Of a DNA stretch of 64,000 nt, positions 1 to 13,689 are shown piece after piece (the first letter of the stretch is position 1; the number at the start of each line of letters is the position of its first letter). Source of the DNA: Mustelus asterias (lineage: Eukaryota); NCBI RefSeq assembly GCF_964213995.1, contig NC_135817.1, positions 52,824,001-52,888,000 on the forward strand. The letters run 5' to 3'. The position numbers were made by a program, and so were the translations under genes. The notes beneath the pieces are model-generated. The model saw nothing but the letters and a program-made list of their open reading frames with translations, was not told where the DNA came from and did no database searches.

Positions 1-1434
1 TTAACTTAGGGACAACTCAAAATGGGGCAGCTCCCTAAAAGAAGGGGAACCGCCCGAAACAAAAAACAAAGCGGAAAGGAAGCTTAAAACATCAAATTAA
101 AATGGGGCCAATAATACACCCCAGTCCCTGCGGTGTCTAATGGGCACGGAAGGCGCCCTTAGTCAGTGAGTTCATATTCTAACAGGCCAGCCTCAATTGC
201 CTGATTAAAGTCATTACAATGTCGCTCTCACCTCAGTTCAGCTCTTTTATCCATGTTTGGATCAAGGTTTATGCTCCTCAGGGCCTACAGACATGATCAC
301 CAAGATCTTCTGTCTTGGCACAATTTCTGGGGGGAAAAAACCTGATCAGCATCTGAAGTTGGATTTTCCATTGCTGTTTACTTGATTTTGAGCAGCAATC
401 AGGTGAGTGGGAGGTAGAAAAAGAGCTGAGGTTGTTAGGCTGCAATTCAATCCACATTAGTGCCCAACCCATTTTCTGCCTTATTGTGGCAGACTTGGAA
501 CAAGCAGGAAATGCGTGAAAACATTAGATTGGGACCAGTGCTTTCCTGCACAGTTTTCTGACACATAGTAAGTCATGCCTATGAATCTGGGTGTCTGAGG
601 TAGCTAGGCAACAGTAACTAAACAGAAATTTATTTAAAGAACACCATATTTAAAGGAAGTGCATCCACCAATTCATAACTTTTGTGTGTGTTTTCCCCTG
701 CTATCACTTCTTAGACCTTTGTACTGATGGTTCGTGTTTTGTTCCTAACCCCATTACTGAAACCAATGGGTTTCCCAGAAGAATTCCCCAATCTAAATTC
801 TTCACAAAAAAAATGAATCAATGAAGCATTGCTAGACAGGTCAGGCAGCATATCAGATACTTTGTGCTCACTTCCTGATACATTCACTCCCATATCTACA
901 GAACTGAACACACCTCAGCTTGGGAAACAAAGTCACCGGATGAAAAAAGAACACTTCTGGCTCCAGTTCAAAACAATTGGCCAAATCTTTTCCCAATTTG
1001 AAATGGTTATTAACTTCATAACATCCAGCTGAATAAAAGTAGCTCTCAATTTTCTTGTTTGCCTCATTATTTATCGGCACAGCCATGTCAAAGCAACACA
1101 CCTTTAGCGGGAGGGGTAAGCTGCATGTACTAACTACTTAAAGAGATGGTATCAGTTAAAGAACTTTGGTAGTAAGTCAATCACTCTGACACAGACTGCT
1201 ATTTAACAAGACATGCTCGCTATAGTAGATTCTTCAAAAATCAGGCAGTTAGGCTCCTTCATCCCTTTCATCAGCTGGTAAGATCTTTGAACTTGTTCCA
1301 GCAGTATGTGGTCAGGGTGTTAGAATTGGTGTTAACCAGCTTGTCCATTTCTCCCCACTTGTTTCAATGAAGCTCTTGGCAAGCTGTGCGTTAGAGATGG
1401 CAGCTCAACAAGTCACTAGCTTCAAAGATCTGCG

Positions 1435-1589
1435 GGATAGGCTGACTGGCCATGCTAAATTGACCCTTAGTGTCAGTGGCATTAACAGGGTAAATACGTG
1501 GGGATAGAGCCTAGGTGGGATTGTTGCTGGTGTAGGCTCGATGGGCTGAATGGTCTCCTCTTGCATTGTAGGTATTCTATGATTCTATG
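1435..1589 (+). mobile_element. V-SINE/HE1-like, type A, 3' fragment
   Basis: Runs from ggccatgctaaattgacccttagtgtc to the gattctatgattctatg tail. Confidence 0.8.
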
Positions 1590-2477
1590 TGTATACCTTG
1601 CCTGGCAATTACAGTGCGAATCCCACCAGGGAGTGTATGGCACATCTCTGGGGATATTTGCTGTGAAACTTGTCCCTTAACCACCCCCATGCTAGAGACC
1701 CTTTGTCCAGTTGATGTATCTGTATATGAATATTAGTTTAATCTTCTCTTTTCTATGCAGTTTCCTTACCTCTTAGCTAACTTGTGGCTTTTGTTTTGAC
1801 CTTGGGCTGAGTTTTCTGGTCCTGCCTACTGTGGGAATTGTTGCATGTGGGATAGAAAATTTGACAGACCAGCAAAAGGTCCATTGAGTGGGAATTTCTG
1901 GTTTGGAATTACCCGCCCCTGGTGGTTTCTCGCTTTTAGAATTAGTTTTGATTTTCTTTACACTACATACTTTACTAGCTCATTGGCAAGAACCTCCTTT
2001 ACCGCTGGCCTACCTCCTTGACCATGGAGTTGTCCTTGATATGTATAGCCATTCCATCTCCTTTCCTGTCAAACTGGCCCTTCCTGAACGATTACTGTAC
2101 TTGTTGCCATCGCTAAATTTCTGAGATTCCTATTATAATCTGTTGTAGGAAATGCCTGTCAGAAATAGGCAGGAGTAACGTCATGAAGACTTCATTGCAA
2201 TTTTGCAGAGTTTCCATGAGAGGACACTGCTTTGTAACTTTACTCATATCAATTTGATTTGTTATTCGTCAGTATAAAATATTAATACATATAATACATT
2301 AGGCAATTTGGATTGAATGATGCCCTAGAAAGACTTAGCGGGGCAGTAACATTGATTCGCACTTTGCATGACGTGGTGACAGAAAAAGGTGCGCACAGTT
2401 TTGTGGTTTGAAAATAATACAACACTGTGGCACAAGATGAAGAGGTAGGCGATGACAAGTTAAAAGCATATTAATGC

Positions 2478-2816
2478 GGGTGCTGAGAATGTGAAACAAA
2501 AACAGAAAATGCTGGTAAATCTCAGCCGGTCTGACAGCATCCGTGGAGACAGAATAGAGATAATGGCCGGAAGTTTACCTGCACGCCCGCCTCAGGAATC
2601 GGAGCGGGCGAGGGGCTGGAGTGTGGGAAGGTCCTTTGACCACGGACAGGATTTTACAGTTTCGGGCAGAGCAAGGCCATAAAATCCTGCCCAGCATTTC
2701 GAGTGTGGGTGACCTGATGAAGCTCTGATGAAGGGCCATCAAGACTCAAAACGATAGCTCTATTTTCTCTCCACAGATGCTGCCAGACCTGCTGAGATTT
2801 TCCAGCATTTTCTGTT
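2478..2816. mobile_element. Palindromic Penelope-type element (inverted arms, hammerhead-like core) interrupted by a MITE-like insert
   Basis: The arm at about 2500-2559 is the reverse complement of about 2757-2816. CTGATGA-AGGGCC..GACTC-AAAA at 2725-2751. The insert at about 2565-2692 has GGCCGGAAGTTT...AAAATCCTGCC ends. Confidence 0.65.
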
Positions 2817-3426
2817 GTAGGTGATGACAAGTATCTAGATCAGAAAAACTACTGCGAAAAATATTACTTTTCCAGGGTGTAATTTGGAGTTGTTACATGT
2901 CGATCGTTCATTTGGAATTATTGGATGTTCTTTCTGTTTCTTTGCAAACTATGACGTGCTTTCATTCTGCCATTTATCAGGAAAACATGGCCCTCATCCT
3001 GTTCACTGGCAGCACATATCAGAAATCACTATGCTTTCAAAAATCACAGGATGTGCACAGAAATTTCAGACGTGAACAGCCAGTGGTGAGACATACCAAT
3101 GGTGAAGGTGTCTTGCATATTTAACGTGATGCATTGTTGTATCTCCCCTTCACGCTTTGAGTACTAATGCATCATGTTCTTTCTACAATACCATAATTGC
3201 TGGGAAGAGTAAGCCTCAGAGGTCTGCCGAGGATGTGCTTGCCATCTGCATTATGCATGTCACTGATATGGCCGTGCTTTTGTTCCAGAAATAACAGGGT
3301 CAGTTTTAGCAGCCGGTAGATCTTGGGCGCAGGTGGGATCTGCTGCAAAATCCAGCAGAAATCATTCCCAAAAGATTGCCACCTAACTAATGCTTCTCTC
3401 CATTTTTTGGCCAAGCCTGCAGCAAG

Positions 3427-3780
3427 TAGAATCATAGAATCATTGAATCTACTGTGCAGATGGAGGCCACTTGGCCCATCAAACCTGCACCGGCAACAAT
3501 CCCACCCAGGCCCCATCCCCATAACCCCACATATTTATCCTTCTAATCCCCCTAACACTAAGGGACAATTTATCAGGGCCAAACAATTTAACCCGCACAT
3601 CTTTGGACTGTGGGAGGAAACCGGAGCACCCGGAGGAATTTCATGCAGACATAGGGAGAAAGTGCAAACTCCACACAGACAGTCACCAGAGGCCGGAATT
3701 GAACCCGGGTCCTTGGTGCTGTGAGGCAGCAGTGATAACTATTGTGCTACTGTTTGCCCAACTGTGCCACCGTGCCGTCC
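3427..3780 (-). mobile_element. V-SINE/HE1-like SINE, type A (CR1-like tail)
   Basis: tRNA-like head GGCACGGTGGCACAG, central GGGTGCTCCGGTTTCCTCCCACAGTCCAAAG, and a (GATTCTAT)n tail. Confidence 0.9.
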
Positions 3781-5032
3781 GGCAGACATTGAAAAGAAGC
3801 AGGAGCAAATGCTGCTGTACTTGCCAGCCTGGAGATCCATCCAGATAACTTGGCACAGGATGAAGTATGGGGCAGTTCTTGAGAACCTTTGAAATGTAGA
3901 ATTTGAATGTTTTTGGGGGCTCTTCTTGCTAATCTTTTTCTTTTTATCCTATTAGTATTTAGATTTTCGAGAACTTTTTGTGCCAGTTGTTGCTAATTAC
4001 TTTTTCTTTATAAATCCCCCATTAATCCTTCCTTGACATCAATGGATTAAGCAATCAAAATGCTTTGAGTTGAACTGCTTGATAGAAGAGGGCAGGCTAC
4101 AAAGGGATGCCAAGCAAGTCAATCAGCCTGAAAATTCCTGTATGTCTTACAACAACAGTCAGCTCTCTCTCTGCAGAAAGAGCTTAATGACCTTCTTACC
4201 GAGCACCACAAGCACTTTTAAATCCTGATGATACTACAAACATACAGTTGATTGTTGTGCTGTAAGGTTCTTCAGAAGCATTCAATTGCAACTTGTCAGG
4301 CTTTACATGTTGCTTCTTCAAAGGAGGCATACCAAGGCGATCAAGAGCCACTGCTACCTGAGTGGCTTTAAGCAACACATAGGCCCTGGCATACCTACCT
4401 GCTGAGAATCATGGAGACCTATCTGCTCTGAATCTGGGTTAGCAGAGAGGCAGAGGTCAAACAGTGCAAGGATGCATAATGCAACATAAGACTGGTGCAC
4501 CCAGGGACAATAACAAACAGCTCTGGTCCTATTACTTGGTTGAATTTCCTTGTGACCCTGATACAAGTGTAGTCGGGCCTCTGTCGGGGGAGAGCAGCAA
4601 TGAGAAGAACCCTGTGGGCTTTGCCCTGAAAGGGTCAGCATCTTTGACAAGCTGAGGGTGGAGCCAGATGCCATGAGGTGATGGAAAAAACAGCCAGGCT
4701 GTAGTGGTATGGCAGGAGCTTTGGGCAGCTGAAGTTAAGGAGGGGAAGTGGGACTCAGTCAGACTGACGGATAGCACTGCTGAGTCTGAGAAGCTTAATG
4801 GAGTGAGGGGGAAGCAGGACTGCAGCCAGGAGCTGGGCAGCAGAATAAGCCTGAACACACATGATGAGTGCTGTGCTGAGGAGCCAAGGTCCTGACTGGG
4901 ACAGAGATCTGGAGCATCTGTGATGGATATTCTCAGTAACTAGTTGTTTCTTAGAGTTATACTTTCCCTTGACTGTTTATACAGTTGTTATGTCAGTGGA
5001 ATAAGGGAACTTTGTTTTTTTAAGTTTGTGGA

Positions 5033-5397
5033 ATTTGATTTGATTTGATTTATTATTGTCACATGTATTAATATACGTGAAAAGTATTGTTTCTTGCGCG
5101 CTATACAGACAAAGCATACTGTTCATAAAGAAGGAAATGAGAGAGTGCAGAATGTAGTGTTACAGTCATAGCTAGGGTGCAGAGAAAGATCAACTTAATG
5201 CGAGGTAGGTCCATTCAAAAGTCTGATGGCAGCAGGGAAGAAGCTGTTCTTGAGTCGGTTGGTACGTGACCCCAGACTTTTGTGTTTTTTTCCCGATGGA
5301 AGAAGGTGGAAGAGAGAATGTCCGAGGTGTGTGGGGTCCTTAATTATGCTGGCTGCTTTGCTGAGGCAGTGGGAAGTGTAGACAGAGTCAATGGATG
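5033..5397 (-). mobile_element. Rex1/Babar-type LINE 3' end
   Basis: Translates to SIIKDPTHLGHSLFHLLPSGK..RTNRLKNSFFPAAIRLLN, a Rex1-type RT C-terminus, with a (CAAAT)n tail. Confidence 0.8.
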
Positions 5398-6591
5398 AAT
5401 TTAAACACATGGATATATGATTTTGACCTGTATGTACCATGAAATGATGCAGAGAACAATCTTGCATATTAGAACCTCATGTGGCTCCATCATCAGGAAC
5501 AAAATGGGTATTGGGTTCCTCTGTGATTTATTTGCAGACTCATAGCAACCCATTGGGTTTCCCTTACTTTCACTTCTGTCTGCTATTTCTTAATCCCCTG
5601 TTGTCTTGCCAAAAGTTGTTCAATCGAAATACCTTTGAAGATTTGCAAATGTTCACTGAATTTATTTTATTGTTTCATTCTGACACTCCCCTTTAATTGT
5701 TCCCACACTTAATATTTCAGTGAATGCAAATTTCCATTTTCACCACTAACCATGCCCTCCACTAACCCCTTTGAGTTTGCGCTCGGAATCGTGAATAATT
5801 ATTCAATTAGCGTAGGCAGGGAATTTAGTGTTATTTTGCACTTGACCTTTCAAGCAAAATTAACATCCTCTCTAACCCAACTTGGAAATGGGCCCTGCTG
5901 GTGTTTAGTTCTGGAGCTTGTCTGATTTCTTTATCAGCCGCAATTATAACCAGAGAACTGTTGAAGCTTGAGACCAATACTTTTCCGCATTAAATCTACT
6001 GGAGGCTGAGTTGTCAGATTGATCACTGATCTAGATGAGCACGGACTGTTTACACTGGGGCTCGGAGTCTCTGAACATGCTAAAGCTCTCTGATAGCACA
6101 TAATGGAGTGTAAATCTCAATGTCTCAACAGCATCAGTGCCAGCATTCCTGAGAGATGCTCCAACCAGCCGTGCTTAAAGAAGAACCTGCCTAATGCTTC
6201 ATAACAATCTGCAGAGCAGCGAATCTCTGGTGTAAGAGATCTCCCAACTGGTTACCAGCTGCTTAGATTGCTCTCTTCCGAGGCAGTCAGTGACTGAAGC
6301 ATCTGTTCATGTTCCTGAAATATCCTTGACTCCACAGCTGACCCCATGATGGTCTTTGTCATGGACTAAACTGTGTCAATATTGGCAGCCAGCCCTTCAT
6401 CATGCCTCATCCCAACACCACCCCCGCCCCCCCCCCCCCCCCCCCGGCAACATCTGTGTGCAGTGACTGACCTTGTTTTCTTCCTTTAATCTTCCAGAAT
6501 GCGTGTCTCTCGGCTGGTGTCTGCTTCAAGACATGAAGATACGGAGTGCTACGGCACTGATTGCTTGCTGCTTTGAGGATCTGGTTTGCTG

Positions 6592-6912
6592 ATCATAGAA
6601 CCCCTACAGTGCAGAAAGAGGCCATTCTGCCCATCGAGCCTGCACAGACAACAATTCCACCCAGGTCCTATCCCCATAACTTCAAATATTTACCCTGCTA
6701 ATCCCCCTGACACTAAGGGGCAATTTAGCATGGCCAACCCAATCTACCTAACCTGCACATCTTTGGAGTGTGGGAGGAAACCAGAGCACCCGAGGAAACA
6801 CACAGAATCACAGTGCAGACTCCACACAGACTGTCACCTGAGGCCAGAATTGAGCCTGGGTCCCTGGCGTTGTGAGGCAGCAGTACTAACCACTGTGCCA
6901 CCGTGCTGCCCC
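6592..6912 (-). mobile_element. V-SINE/HE1-like SINE, type A
   Basis: Same head, body and tail. Confidence 0.9.
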
Positions 6913-7666
6913 GTGTTCCGGAATGTGCGTAACAAGAAGTGAAGGCGGCGTGCTAAGTCTACCTGCATTGATAGGCATATTGTTGGTACGTAAACCATGT
7001 TGAAACAACCAATGCCATCATCTTCAGCCTCCAACACAAGCTTAGTATGTTTTCCACCAATTCGTCTACTCCTACCCACCCCCTCACAATATCATTAATC
7101 TAGTCAACCCTGAGCTGAACTTGCAATCCCACATCGTTTTAATTTAATAAGAGTGCTGACTTGCACCTTCATAATATTGTCCTCACCTAGTTCAATTTAC
7201 TTGTGCCTTTATCACCTCCCAGATCTATCTATTCCAATTCTCTCCTGGCTTCCTTGCATGCTCCACACTTTTCTTCCAAGATCCTTCTGTGTAGATTCTA
7301 TCCTCTTTGCCCATCACCTGCGCCCTTCCCAACTTCTATAACCTGCTCCATCCATAATATATTCCTGAATGCTCTATTCCACTGACTTGAGGCTTTTGTG
7401 CTTTCCTGTTTTGCTTCACCCACCATTGGTTGCTATGCATTCGACTATGTAGACCCTACTCCTCTTTGTCCTGTTCCTGAGCTGCTCACTGTATCCCTGT
7501 TTGCAAGGCTGTGACCTCCTGATGGCCAGGTTGTGGCGGATTCAGCAGACCACCACGTATCAGGGCACATGCTCCACCAAGTCCTGCAGAACTCCTCTAG
7601 AGCAGTTCAGACAGTAGAGTGATTCCTTCAGCAAACTGGTGGTCAGCTCAATGGTTGTCATTGTTC

Positions 7667-7867
7667 ACATAGAACATAGAACATAGAAAGTCACAGCACA
7701 AACAGGCCCTTCGGCCCACAAGTTGCGCCGATCACATCCCCACCTCTAGGCCTATCTATAGCCCTCAATCCCATTAAATCCCATGTACTCATCCAGAAGT
7801 CTCTTAAAAGACCCCAACGAGTTTGCCTCCACCACCACCGACGTCAGCCGATTCCACTCACCCACCA
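7667..7867 (-). mobile_element. CR1 LINE 3' end
   Basis: (ACATAGA)n tail followed by cagcacaaacaggcccttcggccca, as at 40826. Confidence 0.8.
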
Positions 7868-8570
7868 TGCTGGCCAAATCTGGTTGGGTCGCTGAGTGGC
7901 ATCATGAACCAGGTGTTAAGCAGGTTGCTCTTGTCACCCAGGAACCATCCTCTAATTCCACATGGTGACCGAAAGATTGAGTGAACAGTGGCCTGGCTCA
8001 AATGGAAGCATTGTGGCAGCTGCCAGGAGAGCGAGTATTCATCAGCATGATCTGCTGAACATGGTTACAGACCAACTGTACATACGACAAGTGGTAACCT
8101 TTGTGGCTTTGGTACATCTCAGCGTTCAAAACCAGGTGTATGCAATTGATGGTGCCATGGAGAAATGGGGAATCCTGTGATCATGACAAAGCTACATGCA
8201 TGCTTTGTCTGCTCCTCTCTATTCAGAGACAACACAATGACATTGAGTCTGTCGCCTCTCTGACAAAGCAGGAGATGTTAATTATGCCGGCTACTTCAGC
8301 CTCAAAGGATCCTGTTGCCAAGAAATTCAGAGTCCCAGTTACCTTCACAGTTACTGGCAGCATCATTACTGTCCCGCTCTGAGGTTGCTTAGGTGAAGAT
8401 AAGAGAAATGTTCCTGTAAGGACCTATGTCGATAAAACCTTCTGCTGAGAATGCTTGTCCCTTCTCCTCCTCCCTCTGCGAGCAGCTTGACCTTTTTTCC
8501 TATTTTCAGCCTCTGTTCTGCCTCTCTCTCATGCTGCAGCCCAAGGTGGTGTGGCGGTGGTTGGTTGGGT

Positions 8571-8603
<33 letters not shown>

Positions 8604-8622
8604 GGGGGGGGGGGGGCGGGGG
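8571..8622 (+). repeat. Nearly pure poly-G tract (about 50 nt)
   Basis: Read directly from the sequence. Confidence 0.95.
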
Positions 8623-8829
8623 GAGGAGAGAGAGAGAGGCAGGAGATGCATCTACAGCACCCAACACTGGAAAAATGGTTGATAAGAGACCTGGAAGTGT
8701 AATTTGAAGGCCTACTCCCTATGCAGAACCACATTAAATAATCCGACAAACTTCCAAGCACTGTCACAAACTAAAACAAGAGCTGGCAGAAATTAACCAG
8801 CATCTCAAACTGGGAGCAGTTGATGATTC

Positions 8830-9150
8830 GGCATGATAGCACAGTGGTTAGCATTGCTGCTTCACAGCACCAGGGTCCCAGGTTCGAAACCCGGCTTGGG
8901 TCACTGTCTGTGTGGAATTTTCACTTTCTCCCCATGTCTGCGTGGGTTTCCTCCGGGTGCTCCGGTTTCCTCCCACAGTCCAAAGATGTGTGGGTTAGGT
9001 TGATTGGCCATACTAAATTGACCCTAGTGTCAGTGGTATTAGCAGGGTAAATATGTGGGGTTACGGGGATAGGGCCTGGGTGGGATTGTGTTTGGTACAG
9101 ACTTGACGGGCCAAATGGCCCCCTTCTGTACTGTATGGATTCTATGATTC
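8830..9150 (+). mobile_element. V-SINE/HE1-like SINE, type A
   Basis: Same head, body and tail. Confidence 0.9.
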
Positions 9151-10300
9151 CTTTAAATATTTCTGGTGGGGATGGGGAGGGTTCCTTCCTGCTGCGTTCA
9201 GCTGAGGATATTTAAGAGAGAAGTTGTTAACTGGAGCGACAAGGTAAAATAAATGGCACAGCTGGTATCAAATCATCAATAAGGGCTGATTGACATTGTT
9301 GATTTGTTTTCCCAATAAAGGGAAAGGGAATGGACATTATTAATAAGGTAGATGAGTGTGAAATATTGGCGGAGATAAATCATAGTGAGGGAGGAAATTT
9401 CTAAGGTCCTTACAAGTGGATAAACCTCCAGGCCCAGATGAAACATCTCTAGGCTGCTAAGAGAAGCAGGAGAAGAATTCATGCAGGTTCAGACCATCAT
9501 TTTCCAATTCTTTCTGGTTACAGGTGTCGTACCTGGGGACTGGAGGACGGCTAACAGGAGTTAGAAGGTGATATTTGGATTGATCGCTCCTTCCTGGCCC
9601 AGTGGGGTTTCCACTGCCCCCTTTTAAACTGTTCTTGGACTTTAGAATTATAAGGAACAAAACTGCACAGTGTTTGGCTCAACCAAGATCTTGATGTTTT
9701 ATTCAACCCACTAATGTCTCTGACGCAGATTCTTCTATGATTTGTTAAAATAATGCAGGAAAACCCCAAAATTAAAACTACCCATCCTCAGTACGAAACC
9801 TCCCATGGCTGGCTGAAATGGACACCCCAATTCCCAGCTAACCCAATTTGACTTCATCATGTTTATAACTTTCAAAAATACAGACAAAACATTACATCTT
9901 ATCCCTACAACTCTCAGACAAATATCACAACGATATGGCTGAAAAAACTTACAATTTACTGGCTAAAACAAACCTATACAAAGCCGGCACACCAATATCA
10001 CTACGATTTCGGTGAAGCCGCTTACAATATCCCCACATGACAGCTTTGTCCGGTGTTGATTGTAGAGTCAAGATAACCAGCCTTGACCCTTCTTCCGACT
10101 GCAGCAACCACACTCTGAAATACTGCTCTTGCTACAATAATTCAACTCAGACACATCAAACATATTTCCTGTTGTTCTAGTGTCAGGTAGTTAGCACTCT
10201 TTGTTTAGTCCAGACGAATGTGATCAGCTCATACTGGTTGAGACAATATAGGTTTTTCCCCTGGGAGATATTGAATATTGTCAGTTCTCATTGAATGATG

Positions 10301-10832
10301 GGTGGCACAGTGCTTAGCACAGCACCAGGGCGTAGGTTTAATTCCAGCCTTGGGTGATTGTCTGTGTGGAGTTTGCATATTCATAGAATCATACAGTGCA
10401 GAAGGAAGTCATTCGACCCATCGAGTCTGCACCAACCACAATTCCACCCATAACAACACATATTTACCCCAGTAAGCTATGCATCCCGGGACACCAAGTG
10501 ACAATTTAGCATGGCCAATGCACCTAACCTGCATATCTTTGGACAGTGGGAGGAAACCGGAGCACCCGGAGGAAACCCACACAGACACGGGGAGAATGTG
10601 CAAACTCCACGCAGACAGTGACTCAAGCTGGGAATCGAACCCGGGTCCCTGGAGCTGTGAGGCAGCAGTGATAACCACTGTGCTGCCCCTCATTCTCCCT
10701 GTATCTGCGTGGTTTTCCTCCGGGTGCTCCGGTTTCCTCCCACACTCCTAAGATGTTTGTTGGGTTGATTGGCCATGATAAATTGCCCCTTAGTGTCGGG
10801 GGATTAGCACGGTAAATAAATGGGGTTACGGG
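10301..10832. mobile_element. Nested V-SINEs: a minus-strand copy (about 10381-10689) inserted in a plus-strand copy
   Basis: The host head ends ...gtttgcatattc and resumes cattctccctgtatctgcgtgg at about 10691. Confidence 0.85.
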
Positions 10833-12224
10833 TAACACAGTAATAGCACTTGGCTCCAAGGTTAGTGAATGACCAAATTCCTCTTCTCAAGACAAGCCAA
10901 TTGTAGTTGCGATGCCAGATTCCAGTACAATTGTTTGTGGTGCATAGCTTAGTGGAATCACAGTTCCTTTAGTGTACTAAACTGATAATATGTTCTGTAC
11001 CATTGTACTGATAATCAGACACTTAATTGCGTTAGTCAATGGCAGGTAATAGCATTTCCCTAGTAGCAGAAACACTCTGATAGCAATCAGTCAATATCCA
11101 AACCGTTTTGATGAGACACTGCTCTTTTACTAAACCTCTATATTAACCTCTTGCTGTCCATCTCTGCAGCTGGGCTTTGCATTTTATAGTTCTAAACATG
11201 ACATTAAAGCAGATCCATTTTGTAATTCCATAAATTTCTCGGTTGGATGGGGATTCTGATCCTACAGGTCAGATGGACTGAATGGCCTCCTTTTGTGCTG
11301 TGAACTTTGCATATTTCTATGTTTCTATCAGTCTACATTGTGTACTTCAGCTTATGTTTCTAATGCCTGCATTAGCACCCTCTTCACAGTGGTGTTTGAG
11401 TCGTACTGTGCTGGAAGTGTTTGCATGAGACTTGAATACTATTTTAATATCAGAACAAAACCCTTAGCACAGAAATTACAGGTACTAAATTTCAAGGTGC
11501 TAATAGAGGTGCTAAGATCAAATTTGCAGCCACTGTGAGCTAATAGGAATTTCACAACAATCATTTCAAAAAAATTCCCTTCTCCCTGAGCTTTGAGGCA
11601 ATTGATTCAGGTGGAAGTTCTCCAAGATAGCAAGCTCTAATCTAGCAGATCTGCCTTGATTTCAAATCAAACTATAACGTGTTTAGCAACCATTGTTCTA
11701 CAGATACACACTGAGTGTCCCTATTGGCTCATAGGTCTAACAAACGCAACTCACAATTCAATTTACATTTCAAGTTGAAAAAGCCAATCATTTCTGTTAC
11801 ATTTCTGATATTACACATTGCTTGTGGTGGGGACATAGACAATAAGATGACATGTCTACAACAGGCAGGGCTTTATTAAGTGTGCATGAGAGGCAAGGAC
11901 CATTCTTTAACATAGTTTGGTGATTGCATATGAAATATTCATCCCCTATTGTACAATGATCAGCTGTGGTAGGAGCTGATTTAATGGTTACAATAAGTAT
12001 ACCGATCTGCAATCTCTTTGTTTGATACTTTTGCTCCTTTCCAGAACTATCTCTGGCAAAAGCTGGCTCTTCAATAGATTTCCCCTTTATGCTGGTGTTG
12101 CAGAAGAAATCTGCACCCCATACACCATACACCAACATGTCCAACATGTCCATCTGCAGAGCCTGGAATCCCCACCCCATATTGGTTCCCCCACTCCAAA
12201 CAGTGTTCATTTCCTCACACAGGC

Positions 12225-12540
12225 AGACTGTTTCTCTCTCACACACACTGTCCACTCACTCTGTCTGTTTCTGTCTCCCCCCTCTCACACTGTTCACTCA
12301 CTGTCTCTCTCCCTCTCACACACACACTTCACTCACTCTGTCTGTGTCTCCCGTTCTCTGTCTTACACATAATGCACTCAGTCAGTCTCTCTCCCTTTCT
12401 CCCACACACATTGTTGACTCTCTTGCATGCGTACACAGACTTTTCTCGCTCTCAGGCACACAAACTGTTCATCCCTCTCATACACACAGATGATTCTCTC
12501 TTTCACACGCACGGTTCACCCCTCTCTCATCCACACGCAC
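12225..12540 (+). repeat. Degenerate (CA)/(CT) low-complexity region
   Basis: Read directly from the sequence. Confidence 0.8.
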
Positions 12541-13689
12541 ATGCCTGAGTTTTCACGCAGACAGAGAGGCTTTCCATCTTGGCAAAACTGGCTGCGGAGG
12601 CCTGCATTTGTAAGTCTCTCCTCCACCATTTCATAAAGGGGTTTGGAAACAGGGTCACACTTTATACATTTGTGGTCCATGGAGGCAACTCCACATATTG
12701 AAGTACAGTTGCCTTCAAGTTGATTTAATTTTGGCTAGTGGGATGTCCAAGACATAATTTGTGCTCTGTAGACAAGCTTGGAAAAAAAGTCCAAAGTTCT
12801 TTGGAGAGATAGAGTATCCTGAGAAAAGGCAGCATACACTTTTTGATCTGGTCCCAAAACACCTTTGAGAAAGAAAGGTGCCATTTGGAATTGTTAAAAG
12901 AAGACATGAAAAAAGGGGATAAACCCATTTGAATTGAGAAGTGTATAGTCATTTAAATCTCCTATCTTTTAAGTATTTGACAAAACTGTCAGCAGTGTTT
13001 TAAAAAAGTGCTCGCTATTTCACTCTGTCCCTTGTCATAAGCCTGGAGGTTAGCATTATAGCACTAGTGCTGTATGACTGATTTCACAACCTATCATTAT
13101 CACACTGAGCTACTTGTCAGTTCACTATTTGACAGCTTCAAATGTTCATAAAAATCTCTGAAATAGGACGATGAACACAACTGTTTGTTATGAGGGAATA
13201 AGTACTTTAAGGAAGTTAAATGTAGTGAATGAGTTTTTAATCATTTTTTTAAAGAATGGGTAATTCATCAATAGACACTTCAGAACTTTATTTAATCTCA
13301 GCATAGATTCAGAACAATGCTCATAGTGGATACGGGGCGAGTTGGCGTGGAAGCTGTAAAGGCAAAGGGTTGGACATGATTTGGCATAGGGGCTATAAAG
13401 GATCATGGGGATGGCTGGAGGGGCACAGGTTGGCATGGAGGAGCCTTGGGGGATGGGTAGAGGAAAATATGATGATATGGAAGATATGAGGGCAGAGGGG
13501 CATGGATGGGACAGGAGGGTGAGGGAGCATGAGGAATAAGAGCTGGAGTGTTTTTTGTTTATTCTTCATTGTTTTTTTCAAAGTTGACACACAATATAAA
13601 AAGTTACTAAAGCCTTTGATACTTACTTTAACCTTCAGAAGAATACAATTAAAGAGAAAGCAAGATTTTAATAGGTGCATCCAGAAACT

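Larger units (their letters stand above)
7480..8760 (-). mobile_element. PIF/Harbinger transposase remnant (HARBI1-like), interrupted by CR1
   Basis: Minus-strand translations LPVTVKVTGTLNFLATGSFEAEVAG (about 8280-8365) and VQLVCNHVQQIMLMNTRSPGSCHNASI (about 8000-8083), resembling the Harbinger FxATGSFQ and NVQxVC..PGSxHD motifs. Confidence 0.75.

Noticed and set aside
690-1400. Possible decayed coding sequence on the minus strand
   Set aside because: No recognisable motif or consistent splice structure.
3172-3848. Recurrent short ORFs such as MDCGRKPEHPEE... and ...VSSGCSGFLP
   Set aside because: Chance translations of V-SINE copies, not a gene family.
5950-6400. Minus-strand peptide RLVGASLRNAGTDAVETLRF, reminiscent of a Vingi/Ingi-type LINE
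   Set aside because: Too degenerate to support without a profile search.
8366-8767. Poly-Pro and poly-Gly ORFs
   Set aside because: Produced by the poly-G tract inside a decayed transposon.
8830-8900. tRNA-like sequences with A and B boxes
   Set aside because: They are SINE heads continuous with SINE bodies, not tRNA genes.
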